A stretch of DNA of 54,274 nucleotides from Promethearchaeota archaeon (lineage in GTDB: Archaea; Asgardarchaeota; Lokiarchaeia; Sigyniarchaeales; SOKP01), in the NCBI GenBank assembly GCA_008080735.1, contig SHMW01000002.1:1-54274 (forward strand). Direction: 5' to 3'. The notes beneath the pieces were generated by a model. The model had not been told where the DNA came from. It saw only the letters and a list, made by a program, of their open reading frames with translations, and did no database searches. Below are positions 29,624 to 40,494 of this stretch, one piece after another. Position 1 is the first letter of the stretch. Each line of letters starts with the position of its first letter. The translations under genes and the position numbers were made by a program.

Positions 29624-31002
29624 GTGTGAGTTATAAAAAAATCCGACAAATAATCGGACCATTAATATATCTGAAAAATAAGCATGATGTTCAATATGGA
29701 GAAATGGTTAAAATCCATTTAAATGATGGTGAGGTCAGAAACGGTGAAGTCATTCAGATGGATGAGGATATAATTCTAATCGAAGTATTTGAAGATACCA
29801 AGGGAATTTCTTCAAATAATGCGGAAGTGTTTTTCACACGAGACACTTTTAAATTAAAAATTTCAAAAGACATGTTGGGTGGTACTTTTAATTCCTTGGG
29901 GCAACCTATTGATATACAAACAAGAAAAATTTTGGATATTGATATTCTTCCTGAAGTGAAGAGAGATATCAGTAGCACTCCCATCAATCCTTATGCCAGG
30001 GATTATCCTACAAATATCATTCAAACGGGTATTTCAGGTATTGATGGATTGTTTACATTAATTAGAGGTCAAAAACTTCCCATCTTTAGTGGACAAGGAC
30101 TTAATCATAACGAATTAGCAGCTCAAATAGTTACTCAAGCGAAGGTACTAACCGAGGAGCCCTTTCTTATAATTTTTTGTGGAATAGGTGTAATTCAAGA
30201 TCAAGCTATCTCATTTATAGATCGCTTTAAAGAGAGCGGAAACGTGCAAAATATCATTTCCTTCATAAATTTTGCGGACGATCCCGTTATGGCAAGGTTA
30301 ATGATCCCGCATGTCGCACTAGCCACGGCAGAATTTTTTGCATTTGAAAGAGATATGCATGTATTAGTTGTTATGGTCGATATGACAAATTATGCAGAAG
30401 CCCTACGGGAACTTAGCTTGGCAAAGGAAGAGATCCCCAGTAGAAAAGGATTTCCTGGTCATATATATACTGATTTCGCAAAGATCTATGAAAGAACGGG
30501 GCTTATAAAAGGTAAAAAAGGTTCAGTTACCCAAATTCCTATATTGACAATGCCAAATGATGATATAAGCCATCCAATACCTGATACGTCAGGTTATATT
30601 ACAGATGGTCAACTTGTCTTAGATCGAGACTTATTTAAGAAAGAAGTTTATCCTCCCTTTGAGGTTCTTGCTTCGATATCAAGACTGATGAAAGATGCTA
30701 TCGGAAAAGAAACCACGCGTGCAGATCATGCAGATGTCAGTTCCCAATTAATTGCATCTTATTCTAATGCTTTAGATGTCCGAGATTTAGTTTCAATAGT
30801 TGGTGAGGACAGCCTAAATAGAGACCAACGGGCACTACTTGAATTTGCAGATACCTTCGAAAATAAATTTTTAAATCAAGGTTTACAAGAAAATCGAGCA
30901 TTTGAAAATACCTTTTCTTTAGCATGGGAAGTCTTATCTATTTTAGACAGATCTCAATTAAGTAGAATTCATCAAGAGTACATAGATAAATATTATATTT
31001 GA
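29620..31002 (+). CDS. atpB: A/V-type ATPase subunit B
   Basis: [45 protein letters not shown]. Confidence 0.96.
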   Translation: MSVSYKKIRQIIGPLIYLKNKHDVQYGEMVKIHLNDGEVRNGEVIQMDEDIILIEVFEDTKGISSNNAEVFFTRDTFKLKISKDMLGGTFNSLGQPIDIQTRKILDIDILPEVKRDISSTPINPYARDYPTNIIQTGISGIDGLFTLIRGQKLPIFSGQGLNHNELAAQIVTQAKVLTEEPFLIIFCGIGVIQDQAISFIDRFKESGNVQNIISFINFADDPVMARLMIPHVALATAEFFAFERDMHVLVVMVDMTNYAEALRELSLAKEEIPSRKGFPGHIYTDFAKIYERTGLIKGKKGSVTQIPILTMPNDDISHPIPDTSGYITDGQLVLDRDLFKKEVYPPFEVLASISRLMKDAIGKETTRADHADVSSQLIASYSNALDVRDLVSIVGEDSLNRDQRALLEFADTFENKFLNQGLQENRAFENTFSLAWEVLSILDRSQLSRIHQEYIDKYYI

Positions 31003-31011
31003 GTTGATATT

Positions 31012-31662
31012 ATGTCTTTTCGAGAAATAAAGCCAACGAAGAGTAATTTATTAGATTTAGAAGATAGATTAGAATTTGTAGACAAGGGGAAAGACTTTTT
31101 AGATTATAAAAGAACGCAGTTAATCCAAGAAATAAGGAATATTTGGGAGAATTATAAAAACCAACGGAAAAAATTTTTTATGCAGCTACAAAAAGCCATG
31201 TGGAATCTTAATGAGACTTATAAAGAACAAGGGAAACGCTCAGTGAGCTTAATAAGTCTCTTGGGAAAGATTCAATATAAACCCAGAGTAGAATTAAAAT
31301 ACTCTAAAAAGATGGGAGTAGCTGTTCCAAGACTCGAACTGGAATTTGAAAAGGAAGAAAAACTTCCTCCTTACGCATTTGATGGTACAAGTAAACATTT
31401 AGATAAACTAATGGGGATATTAAAAGACCTTTTTGAACAGATGATTTTATTGGCAGAAACTGAAGATGTATTAATAAAGTATGCGTTTAATTTCCAAAAA
31501 GTAAGTAGACGAATACAGGGGTTAAAAAATGTAATTAAACCACGAATTCAATCTGATATTAAAAAAATAGAACGCATATTAGAAGAAACTGAGCGTGAAG
31601 ATTTTACCAGATTGAAAAAAACAAAAGATATGATTAAAAATGAGGAAATAATAGGAGAATAA
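31012..31662 (+). CDS. atpD: A/V-type ATPase subunit D
   Basis: IKPTKSNL, G..FL..KR, RRI..L..VI.P, LEE.ERE.F.RLK. Confidence 0.93.
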   Translation: MSFREIKPTKSNLLDLEDRLEFVDKGKDFLDYKRTQLIQEIRNIWENYKNQRKKFFMQLQKAMWNLNETYKEQGKRSVSLISLLGKIQYKPRVELKYSKKMGVAVPRLELEFEKEEKLPPYAFDGTSKHLDKLMGILKDLFEQMILLAETEDVLIKYAFNFQKVSRRIQGLKNVIKPRIQSDIKKIERILEETEREDFTRLKKTKDMIKNEEIIGE

Positions 31663-31668
31663 AACTAA

Positions 31669-33909
31669 ATGTCAAAAATTACCTTATTTAAAGTTATTAT
31701 ACAAAGAAATTTGAAAGATAGTCTTTTGATGGAACTTGCTGACCAAGAGAATGTACACATAAAAGAACGGGAACAAGAGAAAATAGAAAAGAAGACAAAA
31801 GAGTATAAAGACATTATTAAAAATTTAAGGATTAATTTAAGAGACCTTTTCAAGAAATTAAACATCTCTGTATCCGAACTCAACCAAATATCTGTGGAAG
31901 ATAAGGAAAAAAAGGAATTTAAAGTCAAAGATTTGTATGAATTAACCCACCATATGACTGACGAGACTAACTTTTATATGAACCGAATAAATGAACTCGA
32001 AAGATATATTAATAAAGCAACTCTGGAATTAGAAAGTGTACTTGATATTGAATCAACATACAGATTTTTAGATAAATTTAATTTTAGTCGTAAGGAATTA
32101 CGTTATTTTGATCAATTGGATATGAAAACATATATTACATATTCAAAAAACCTTCCAAATCTTAGAGAATTATTCCAATTTGAAGAATTTCCAAACGTAT
32201 ACCAATATTCTTCTATATCAGATGATAGAATTGTATTTTTCATAATTTATCCAAAGAGACAAGAAGAAGAACTAAGAGAACGAATTAATATTATTCATGG
32301 AGAGGAAATTCCAATTCTCAAGAAATATCTCACTTATGATGGTATAAATTTTGAAAGGATTGACAAAGAAATTGACTCAATTAATAAAACTCTAGGTAAA
32401 TATCAAAAAGAATTAGAACGCTTAAGAAACGAAAATCTAAAAAAATTTGCAGCGATTAATGAAGTAGTCGAGAATCTTGAAGAATATAATTGGGCAGAAA
32501 ATCAATTTTCCTCACTTTCTTCGGATAGAGTTGTGTTAAAATTTTATGTACCTTCTGAAGATAAAATGCAGACAAGAAAAAAACTCAAAAAAGAATTTAA
32601 ATCTAAAATCAGGATTGAAGATATTGATATTGAAAAACAAGAAAAAGTACCTAAACGAAAATTAGAGGGAAAAAACATAAAACGAGGGGAAAGAGCAAAC
32701 GAGCAATCAGAGGGAGAGGAAGAGGAGAAAGAAGAAGATTTGAGGAAAGAAGCTCCTTCGAGAGTAACTCATAATAGAATTGTAAGACCATTTGAAACAT
32801 TGACGAAGATGTACGGAATTCCAACCTATTCAGAAATAGATCCTACACCTTTTCTATTTTTTACATTTCCTTTTCTATTTGGAATAATGTTTGGAGATAT
32901 TGGGCATGGTATTGTATTAATAATTTCTGGATTTATTGGTGCAATTACGTTTAGAGAACGATATAAAGTAAGGAATATCTCTTGGATTGTTTTTTATTGT
33001 GGTTGGTGGGCTATTTTATTTGGATTTTTATATGGTGAATTTTTCGGAGGTCATCAAATTCTGGGTTATCATATCCAGCCAGTAGCGATTCCCTTGCCGT
33101 TTATTGGATTCGTCACTTTATTTAGCCCCTTAAATAATGTAATGGCTTTGTTTTATTTAACTATATTTGTTGGAGTTCTTCATATTAACCTGGGTTGGAT
33201 TATCAGATTCATTAATTATTGCGTCCAAAGAAAGTTTTATCAAGCTTTTACAGAACCTATTCTTAAAATCCTGTTTTTAGATTTTCTTGTCTTTCTCGTG
33301 CTAAATTGGGGAATAGATATAAACGCATGGCTCTCTTACCCTTATCCTATATTATTACCCATCGTTCCAGGATTATTATTAATAATTTTAAAACCATTTG
33401 GAAAATTGCTTGGAATTTCTTACCTAAAGGGGGAATCCTATGGAGAATTAATAAGCGAAGGTTCGATGGAGACTTTCGAGACTGTGCTTTCACTCCCAAG
33501 CAATGTATTATCATATCTAAGGTTATTAGCCTTAGCGTTGGCCCATATCTCATTAATGGTGGCAGTCGAGGCAATGATTCAAATAATCACAATCGGTGGG
33601 ATACTCGAACAAATAATAATAATTATTGCTTTGATATTCGGCAATGCGTTGGTAATATTACTAGAAGGTGTTATCGTATTTTTAAATGCGCTGAGACTAA
33701 ATTTTTATGAATTCTTTTTTAAATTCTATGAAGGACGGGGAATCGAATATGATCCATTTATTTTAGAGGATCACTATTCTAAAATAATATTTAGACCAGA
33801 AATGGAAAGAGATGTAATCAGTGAAGAGATTGAGAAAGAAATAGAAAGTAAAAAGGCGAAGCAATTTATTGAAGAAGCAAGACAACACCTTCGTAAAAAA
33901 TACTTATGA
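31669..33909 (+). CDS. atpI: A/V-type ATPase subunit I (a)
   Basis: YGIPTYSEIDPT, FGIMFGDIGHG, SYLRLLALALAH (essential Arg), LRLNFYEFF. Confidence 0.96.
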   Translation: MSKITLFKVIIQRNLKDSLLMELADQENVHIKEREQEKIEKKTKEYKDIIKNLRINLRDLFKKLNISVSELNQISVEDKEKKEFKVKDLYELTHHMTDETNFYMNRINELERYINKATLELESVLDIESTYRFLDKFNFSRKELRYFDQLDMKTYITYSKNLPNLRELFQFEEFPNVYQYSSISDDRIVFFIIYPKRQEEELRERINIIHGEEIPILKKYLTYDGINFERIDKEIDSINKTLGKYQKELERLRNENLKKFAAINEVVENLEEYNWAENQFSSLSSDRVVLKFYVPSEDKMQTRKKLKKEFKSKIRIEDIDIEKQEKVPKRKLEGKNIKRGERANEQSEGEEEEKEEDLRKEAPSRVTHNRIVRPFETLTKMYGIPTYSEIDPTPFLFFTFPFLFGIMFGDIGHGIVLIISGFIGAITFRERYKVRNISWIVFYCGWWAILFGFLYGEFFGGHQILGYHIQPVAIPLPFIGFVTLFSPLNNVMALFYLTIFVGVLHINLGWIIRFINYCVQRKFYQAFTEPILKILFLDFLVFLVLNWGIDINAWLSYPYPILLPIVPGLLLIILKPFGKLLGISYLKGESYGELISEGSMETFETVLSLPSNVLSYLRLLALALAHISLMVAVEAMIQIITIGGILEQIIIIIALIFGNALVILLEGVIVFLNALRLNFYEFFFKFYEGRGIEYDPFILEDHYSKIIFRPEMERDVISEEIEKEIESKKAKQFIEEARQHLRKKYL

Positions 33910-34319
33910 ATGAGCAAAAAAAATCAAAAATTAGCATGACTAGCAAGAAGAAACAGATATCATTAATAGTTTTAACAATCATTTTACTTACTCTCCTTAT
34001 ATATATGGTATTGTCTGGAACCAATTTTCTTGTGTCCATATTAGTGATTATTTTTCTTTTTCTTTTCTTTTTTGGTTTGATTTATAAAAGTAATGAAATA
34101 TCGCTTTCCTCTTATCTACCCAGTTCGAGAGAAAAACCAGAATCCTCCAGGAAAAAATCAAAAAAGCAATATAAAATCGAAACGCCAAAAAGAGATATTC
34201 CGAAATCTTTAAATTTCACATATCACCAGCCCTTGATACGTAAATGCCCTAATTGTGGAATGATACTTACTCGGAGTGCTAATAAATGTCCCAATTGTGG
34301 AAATAATCCAACACAATAA
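33906..34319 (+). CDS. Membrane protein with C-terminal double zinc ribbon
   Basis: Two TM helices; CPNCG..CPNCG; overlaps the atpI stop. Confidence 0.75.
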   Translation: MNEQKKSKISMTSKKKQISLIVLTIILLTLLIYMVLSGTNFLVSILVIIFLFLFFFGLIYKSNEISLSSYLPSSREKPESSRKKSKKQYKIETPKRDIPKSLNFTYHQPLIRKCPNCGMILTRSANKCPNCGNNPTQ

Positions 34320-34443
34320 GTCAAAATTAGGATTTAAGACGCACAACAGATAATATTAATTATTATCAAAATAAACTTAAATATAAATTGAACCGAATAT
34401 ATTAAATTAAAAATATTCCGTAAGGATTATAAATGGTCTGGTT

Positions 34444-34896
34444 ATGTCTGAAGAAATCTCCTATAGAAAAGTTCTTGTGCCGATTGACGGCTCCCCCAAA
34501 AGCATAAATGCATTTAAATATGCTGTGAAATTTGCGAAAAACTTTCCAAATTGTGAAGTGCATATCCTATATGTTATTGATGAGGAAAATATTAAAAAAT
34601 TAAGCGCAAATGAGGATCAGAGTTATTCTGGATTATCCCGAAAATTTAGACAACAGGGAGAGAATTATATTAATAAGGCAAAGCAAGAAATTAAATATCT
34701 TGATTTTAATCATACCTTAATTAAAGAAAAAATGCTTAAGGGAGATCCTGTACAAGAAATAATAAATTACTCTGTGAATTTTGATTTGATTATCATGTCA
34801 GTCCGTGGGAAAAAGCATGTTGTTGATATTATGATGGGCCATGTTACGGAACGAGTTATAAATCTTTCTGAAATCCCCGTTTTAATAATATCTTGA
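34444..34896 (+). CDS. Universal stress protein (USP)
   Basis: YRKVLVPIDGS, DLIIM..RG, MGHVTERV..IPVLI. Confidence 0.93.
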   Translation: MSEEISYRKVLVPIDGSPKSINAFKYAVKFAKNFPNCEVHILYVIDEENIKKLSANEDQSYSGLSRKFRQQGENYINKAKQEIKYLDFNHTLIKEKMLKGDPVQEIINYSVNFDLIIMSVRGKKHVVDIMMGHVTERVINLSEIPVLIIS

Positions 34897-34923
34897 AATA
34901 AAACTTAAACAAGCGTGTTTTTA

Positions 34924-36408
34924 TCAATAGATTGTCTCTCCACTAATCGGATCCACTCTCAGATGTCGGAAATTTTTTGTATCGAATTTGAACTCTTCTT
35001 CATTTTTTATCTTTTGGAAAACTTTCTCAGGGAATAAATACCGTGCAAGATGAATTATTACGGACTTTTTCTCAATACAATTTAAAAGCTTTAAGCTTTC
35101 ACAAGAATAGAAGACTTCGCTAACAAGATCATAGCTCGTATCTTCTGAAAACACCATTAATTCAATATTCCGATAAATTCTTGAAATTATGTTATCTAGC
35201 AATATAATATTTTCAAGTTTGTCCATTTTATTCACCATATAATGATAAAAGAGAACATAATAAGTAGCTTCAGAGGAAAATAACCCATCTCGATATTGTT
35301 GAATGCTATTTTCTTTAATTCTTTTTTCAATTTCTCCCTCAATCGCTTGTTTTTTATCCCTATCTATTTGATTATATAGACTAAGCATATTGTAAATCTT
35401 AAGAATTACCACTAATCGAGCCGTTTCGAAATCTTTTAGTCGATGGGATTCAAAGAATTTTGAATCTGCTTGTACTAATTTCTTAATTTGATCTTCTTCT
35501 AGTTTAATATTTAGATATTCATGAGATTTCACAAAATAATACAAATTACTCGTTCCTTCCATTATTGGAGCTTCATATTCGTCTTTATACTCCAAATATA
35601 GTTCTGATATAAATTCTTTCACTTTTTCTTTAATAATTTTGATGCCTAAATTATGGGCTAAATAAATTCCGCAGAAATATAGGTCGGGATTTCTCAAAGA
35701 CACGAGAGGGATAGTTCTTAACCATTCATCGATATGTTCTTGAAGATAAATTTCTATATGTTCAAAATCAAAAATTCTTTCCAGATGGAAAAAATGAATA
35801 ATGCGATAAATTAAATATAATAATTGAAGTTTGTTGCGAGTTTCGCGTAAATCTTCGAGGCTTTCTATTTGTCTTTTATTTTGGCAATATTTATCAATAA
35901 TTTGTTTTTTGAGTTGAATATAATCTTTCAAAGCTTCTAGTTTCTCTTCATTTTGATTGAAATTGTCCTTTAATTGTCTAATTTCAACTAGTAATTCCAA
36001 AGGAAAAGCACCCTCTTTTCTTAATGTTAGAATCACTTCAGATCCATCCAAATTTACCAAATAATGACAAATCTTTTCAAATATAAGCTCATGGATCATT
36101 GGGGCAATCCTACTATCAAAGAGGTCCAATGTGCTATTAATCGTTTCGTTATCTTTCTCTTTAATTTTCAAGGAAGGGTCGAATAACTTATTAGTCACCT
36201 CAGATTCTTCAAATCCAATTTCTAATAATAAGGGTGCTAAATATTCCGTTAGACTGATCAAATCTTCATTTATGCTTTCTCTCTTAACTTGATCAATCTC
36301 GATAGAATCGCTTAATTTTGTCTTAAAATAGTTGTCAACTTCAATATAGAATAGTTCACTTTCCTTGAAAATATAATCAAGAATATTGAAAAGGCCTTGA
36401 TAAATCAT
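34924..36408 (-). CDS. Helical protein, paralog of 16723-18234
   Basis: Shares TIPLVSL.NPDLYFCGI, EAP..E.T, QYRDG..S.EATYYVL and .YxCESL.LLNC blocks. Confidence 0.65.
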   Translation of the reverse strand: MIYQGLFNILDYIFKESELFYIEVDNYFKTKLSDSIEIDQVKRESINEDLISLTEYLAPLLLEIGFEESEVTNKLFDPSLKIKEKDNETINSTLDLFDSRIAPMIHELIFEKICHYLVNLDGSEVILTLRKEGAFPLELLVEIRQLKDNFNQNEEKLEALKDYIQLKKQIIDKYCQNKRQIESLEDLRETRNKLQLLYLIYRIIHFFHLERIFDFEHIEIYLQEHIDEWLRTIPLVSLRNPDLYFCGIYLAHNLGIKIIKEKVKEFISELYLEYKDEYEAPIMEGTSNLYYFVKSHEYLNIKLEEDQIKKLVQADSKFFESHRLKDFETARLVVILKIYNMLSLYNQIDRDKKQAIEGEIEKRIKENSIQQYRDGLFSSEATYYVLFYHYMVNKMDKLENIILLDNIISRIYRNIELMVFSEDTSYDLVSEVFYSCESLKLLNCIEKKSVIIHLARYLFPEKVFQKIKNEEEFKFDTKNFRHLRVDPISGETIY

Positions 36409-36671
36409 AAGTGGTTGTTAACTTTAGAATGAATTATTTTAATTTAATCTATTTCAATTAAATTTCTTACTATGAATAACTTCCATAATAGATTTAACAG
36501 CTTAATTACCATAGTGTCTTTAGAATTTTTAAAATTAATTTCTAATAGTTATTAATAAAAAATTCGTGTAGGAAGAATCATCTCTTTCTTAAGTAATAAA
36601 TTTAATTTAGTAGTTTTGATTACAAGTTCATAAATATTTTCCTTTCAATTATTTTTTTAAAGAATAACATC

Positions 36672-36773
36672 GCACCTGTTGTATAGTGGTAATATACTGG
36701 CTTCCCAAGCCCGTGTCCCGGGTTCGAAATTTCCCTTCATCTGAGAAGGAACACGAAATTCCCGGCAGGTGCA
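36672..36773 (+). tRNA. tRNA-Gly(CCC) with 31-nt intron (36729-36759) at position 59/60 in the T-loop
   Basis: Acceptor GCACCTG/CAGGTGC+A; anticodon loop TT-CCC-AA; T-stem CCGGG/CCCGG; BHB with TTCG:CGAA helix and AAA/ATT bulges restores the loop TTCGAAT; no encoded CCA. Confidence 0.9.
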
Positions 36774-36986
36774 TTCTTATATTATTGTAGTATCTATTAA
36801 ATATTGAAGTTAAGAAGGTATCTTGAAATTAAGGATAATTATTAATTATTCATCTACACAATAACAATATTTAAGATTGGTCGCAATTAAAGCTCATTGA
36901 TATTCAAAATATGTTAAAAAAATCGATTGTATACTTTTTTCATAAGGAAAGAAGATTGGAAATTCAACCTAAAGAGGTAAATTTTT

Positions 36987-38054
36987 TTGATCAAATATGA
37001 AACTGAAAGATATAAGATATTCAATAAAGATAAAGGTCTATATGGTATAGAAAAAAAACATGATGTATTAAAACAAGATAAGACCGTATTCATTCAAGAT
37101 ATTAGCGAGAAGAAAAATCTCTATTCAAAAGTATCTGAAGCATTTGATAAAATACATGCCGAAACTGTTATTAAAAAAGGTGATCATGTTGCTATCAAAC
37201 TGAATATTGGAGGCGGAATTGATTATATTCAAACATCCTTTTCTGATCCTTTCATATGTGAAGCCATTATCAAAAAAACACGAAAGATGGGTGCTCTTCC
37301 TTTTATTTGTGAAGCTAATATGAGAGCCAGGATTATGGACGAGAAATTACTCAAAGTTCGTGGATATGAACAATTATGTAAAAAAATGAATTGTAAGTTT
37401 GTCAATTTATCGGATTATACAACCGTTAATATGAAATGTCTCAATCTAGATATACCTCTAAAGTTGCCCGAAATTCTAGTAAAACCAGAGACCAAAATCA
37501 TAAGTTTTGCTCCTCCCAAACATCACTGGGAATGTGGTTTGACAGCAAACCAAAAGAACATGTACGGTGCTATAGCAGAATTTAGAAAGTCTATTTACCA
37601 CCGAAAATATTCTAGAATAGATTATGCTGTCGCTGCCGCTGCCAGGATCATATCACCCGATATTAATATTTTAGGTTCGTTTAATATTGGTACGGGAGTG
37701 GGCCCTCATTTCATGTATCCTGTAGAATTCAATCGAATGATAATTTCAAAAGATATGTTAAGGGGAGATAAAGTGGCATCCGAACTATTAGGATATCCCT
37801 TTCAGTATATTAAATATTGTATGATTAATTCAAAAAACCAACCAGTTGATTATAGACTCCATCCAGATTCAAGCTGGCTGAGCGTAGATAGATTACACAA
37901 GATAAAAAAAAAGTCAATGGATTACAGAAATGTGAATTTATGGAAAGCAATCTTATATTTACAGTATTTTCTACCTCACTATTTTCAAATTTGGTTGTTC
38001 CCTCGGATGGAATCCCTATTTACGGAGATAAATATGAAATTTTTTGATAATTAG
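36987..38054 (+). CDS. DUF362-domain protein
   Basis: GDHVAIKLN, FVNLS, PKHH..GLT..KNMYG, K..YH motifs. Confidence 0.8.
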   Translation: MIKYETERYKIFNKDKGLYGIEKKHDVLKQDKTVFIQDISEKKNLYSKVSEAFDKIHAETVIKKGDHVAIKLNIGGGIDYIQTSFSDPFICEAIIKKTRKMGALPFICEANMRARIMDEKLLKVRGYEQLCKKMNCKFVNLSDYTTVNMKCLNLDIPLKLPEILVKPETKIISFAPPKHHWECGLTANQKNMYGAIAEFRKSIYHRKYSRIDYAVAAAARIISPDINILGSFNIGTGVGPHFMYPVEFNRMIISKDMLRGDKVASELLGYPFQYIKYCMINSKNQPVDYRLHPDSSWLSVDRLHKIKKKSMDYRNVNLWKAILYLQYFLPHYFQIWLFPRMESLFTEINMKFFDN

Positions 38055-38225
38055 AAATCTACGAATGAACAAAGATACAGAATTTTATTGTATTGATAAA
38101 ATCTTAGAAATCTAGACTTGGTTTTCTGTATGAGAGAACAATTTCAAATCTTGGCCTTCCCTAAAATCTGAAAATTTTAATAGAAATAAACAAATTTAGA
38201 TTAAAATAACTTTAGGATAATCAAA

Positions 38226-40415
38226 TTACCAAGATAATCCTTTCTTAAACTTCAAATCAGAAATTATTCTATCAGCCTCATTCTTAGGAACTTCTGAAAA
38301 CGCATACAATTCATTTTGCCAGAAGGCTCTCCCAGATGTCGTGGATCGTAGATCTTCGGCAAATTGAACAGAATAGCGCACTGGCAATAAGATGTCGATG
38401 GTAGCTTGATATTCATTATCTTGATCAATTTCTTTTATTTTTGCGGAGTATTTTGATAAGATAGAAAGCGCTTTTTTCACATAATTGGGGGGCAATTGAA
38501 TGATTGTATGATAAATAGGTTCGAGTAACACGAGTTCGGCTTCATTGAGCGCTTTTTTAATCGCATCGTAAAAAAGGACAGATAATTGAGTAAACGCAGT
38601 TTCCTCATCAATCCTCGCAATTGCCAATTCTTTAATAGTAATTTTAAGTTCTGTTAATTTTTCACCACATAAAGGGCCATTAAAATGTATTTTATCAATA
38701 ATACCTTCAATTAAAGACTCGTAAAACTCGTCTAATTCCATCTCCGCCTCGTTTATTAAAAGATTATAATCATCATCGCATTTCCATAAGTTTTGCCGCT
38801 CCTTGTCTTTTAAAGTTGTTTCTTGTTCTAATGCTTCTTCTAATTCTTTCCTCCTCTTAATGTCATGAATGTTTGTAGATTTGAAAAATTCAAGAGTAAT
38901 TTCATCTAAACGAGCTACTTTTAATTCTACATAATTCTGTTCATTAGGCCCTGCGGATCTAATTATGGAAGATTCATTTCTGCAAGATTCTTTAAATACT
39001 GCTCTCGGTTCGGAGATGTCCACCTTCACCCCTCGTTTCTCGATTTCCTTTGCAGTAACCTCCAAATGCAATGGACCCATACCAGATAAGAGAAACTCAC
39101 CGTTTTCCTCATTGATCTCAAATCTTAAATTTGGATCCTCGATTAAAAGATTCTCTATAATTCGCTTCATCTCGTCTATTTGTCTTAAATACTCTGGTTC
39201 AATAGAGACCGTGATAACAGGAGTGGTGACATATTTGACCTCTCCAAAAGGAATAAGATTATTTGATACACTGCTTTCAAAAATACTTTCTCCACTCTTA
39301 ATTGCTTTTAATCCCTCCAGAGCGACAATATTTCCAACGGGAATTTTTTCGACTTGCTCTCTTCTCTGTCCCATATACAATGAAAGGCGTTGGATACGTT
39401 CATAGTTATTTTCTCTTACTAAATACACCTCCGTTTTCTTGGTACATTTTCCCGAAAAAATCCTCCCAGTAGCCACCAAGCCATGCTTTTCTGCTTTTAC
39501 CTTACTCACACACATAACTAAAGGTCCATCCGGCTGGCAATTGATAATTGCATTTCCGATTTTTGAATTTATATCACCTTTCCATAATTTCTTTATCCGA
39601 TATTTTTGAGCATCAATAGGATTAGGCAGGTGATTTATAGCCATTTCCAAAATTGCTCTATCAATAGGCAGATATACGGTTAAATCTGAGTATGTCTCTT
39701 TCGAATAGCTCTCCTTTTCATAGCGTTTGGCGATATCTTTAAACTTGAGTTCGCTTTTTTGTAGGATTTTCAGTGTGAAGCCCCATTTGTGAAGTGCTGA
39801 CCCAAAGGCTACATTCCCCTCAGCTGGACTCACTTGCCATTCTTTATCAAACGGGGGATCCGCAAACCTTTTTATAAGAGTATTGAACGCCTTTATAATT
39901 CTGCTATATTTCTTTCGAATTTGGTCCTCTGTCAGTTGCAATTCTCTAATTAAACGATCAACTTTATTGATATATAATATTGGTTTTACCCCTTCTTCAA
40001 TGGATTGCTTGATAACCGTTTCCGATTGGGCAATGATTTCTTCAACAGCATCTACTACGACGATGACCCCGTCGATTAATCTTAGAGCTCTTGTAACTTT
40101 CCCTGAAAAGTCTAGATGACCTGGAGTATCAACTAAATTTATCAAAAAGGGTTCATTTTTCTCCAAAGGATGTTCATAATAAAGAGAAATATTAGATGAC
40201 TTCATAGTAATCCCTCTTTGCTGCTCCTCCTCTAAATAATCCAATACGCGAGCCTCTCCCGCTAATTCTGGACTTAGTAAACCCGCTTCGCTGAGTAATG
40301 AATCAGAGAGGGTGGTTTTACCGTGGTCTATATGACCCACAAACCCGATATTTCTAATATTTTCTGTATTTTCCATCAGTTCCAGTATTTCGCTGATATC
40401 TTTTCGACGCGGCAT
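38226..40415 (-). CDS. Elongation factor 2 paralog (aEF-2p type, no diphthamide HRG loop)
   Basis: GHIDHGKT, RGITM, DTPGH, NKVD, GSAL, GMGPLHLE, LLEP, LRS.TSGRA; domain IV has LAIARIDEE where canonical aEF-2 has HEDxxHRG. Confidence 0.88.
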   Translation of the reverse strand: MPRRKDISEILELMENTENIRNIGFVGHIDHGKTTLSDSLLSEAGLLSPELAGEARVLDYLEEEQQRGITMKSSNISLYYEHPLEKNEPFLINLVDTPGHLDFSGKVTRALRLIDGVIVVVDAVEEIIAQSETVIKQSIEEGVKPILYINKVDRLIRELQLTEDQIRKKYSRIIKAFNTLIKRFADPPFDKEWQVSPAEGNVAFGSALHKWGFTLKILQKSELKFKDIAKRYEKESYSKETYSDLTVYLPIDRAILEMAINHLPNPIDAQKYRIKKLWKGDINSKIGNAIINCQPDGPLVMCVSKVKAEKHGLVATGRIFSGKCTKKTEVYLVRENNYERIQRLSLYMGQRREQVEKIPVGNIVALEGLKAIKSGESIFESSVSNNLIPFGEVKYVTTPVITVSIEPEYLRQIDEMKRIIENLLIEDPNLRFEINEENGEFLLSGMGPLHLEVTAKEIEKRGVKVDISEPRAVFKESCRNESSIIRSAGPNEQNYVELKVARLDEITLEFFKSTNIHDIKRRKELEEALEQETTLKDKERQNLWKCDDDYNLLINEAEMELDEFYESLIEGIIDKIHFNGPLCGEKLTELKITIKELAIARIDEETAFTQLSVLFYDAIKKALNEAELVLLEPIYHTIIQLPPNYVKKALSILSKYSAKIKEIDQDNEYQATIDILLPVRYSVQFAEDLRSTTSGRAFWQNELYAFSEVPKNEADRIISDLKFKKGLSW

Positions 40416-40494
40416 TCTCTTTGCTTATCTTTTATGATTTGAATATGAAAATTAATATTTTGATTAATAATTTTGTACTTTAATGAGAAGTAAT

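Noticed and set aside
33306-33710. 134-aa alternative-frame ORF inside atpI
   Set aside because: Fully nested in the conserved membrane domain of subunit I
38226-40415. Canonical aEF-2 (fusA) call
   Set aside because: No diphthamide HRG loop, divergent domain IV, no ribosomal-protein context
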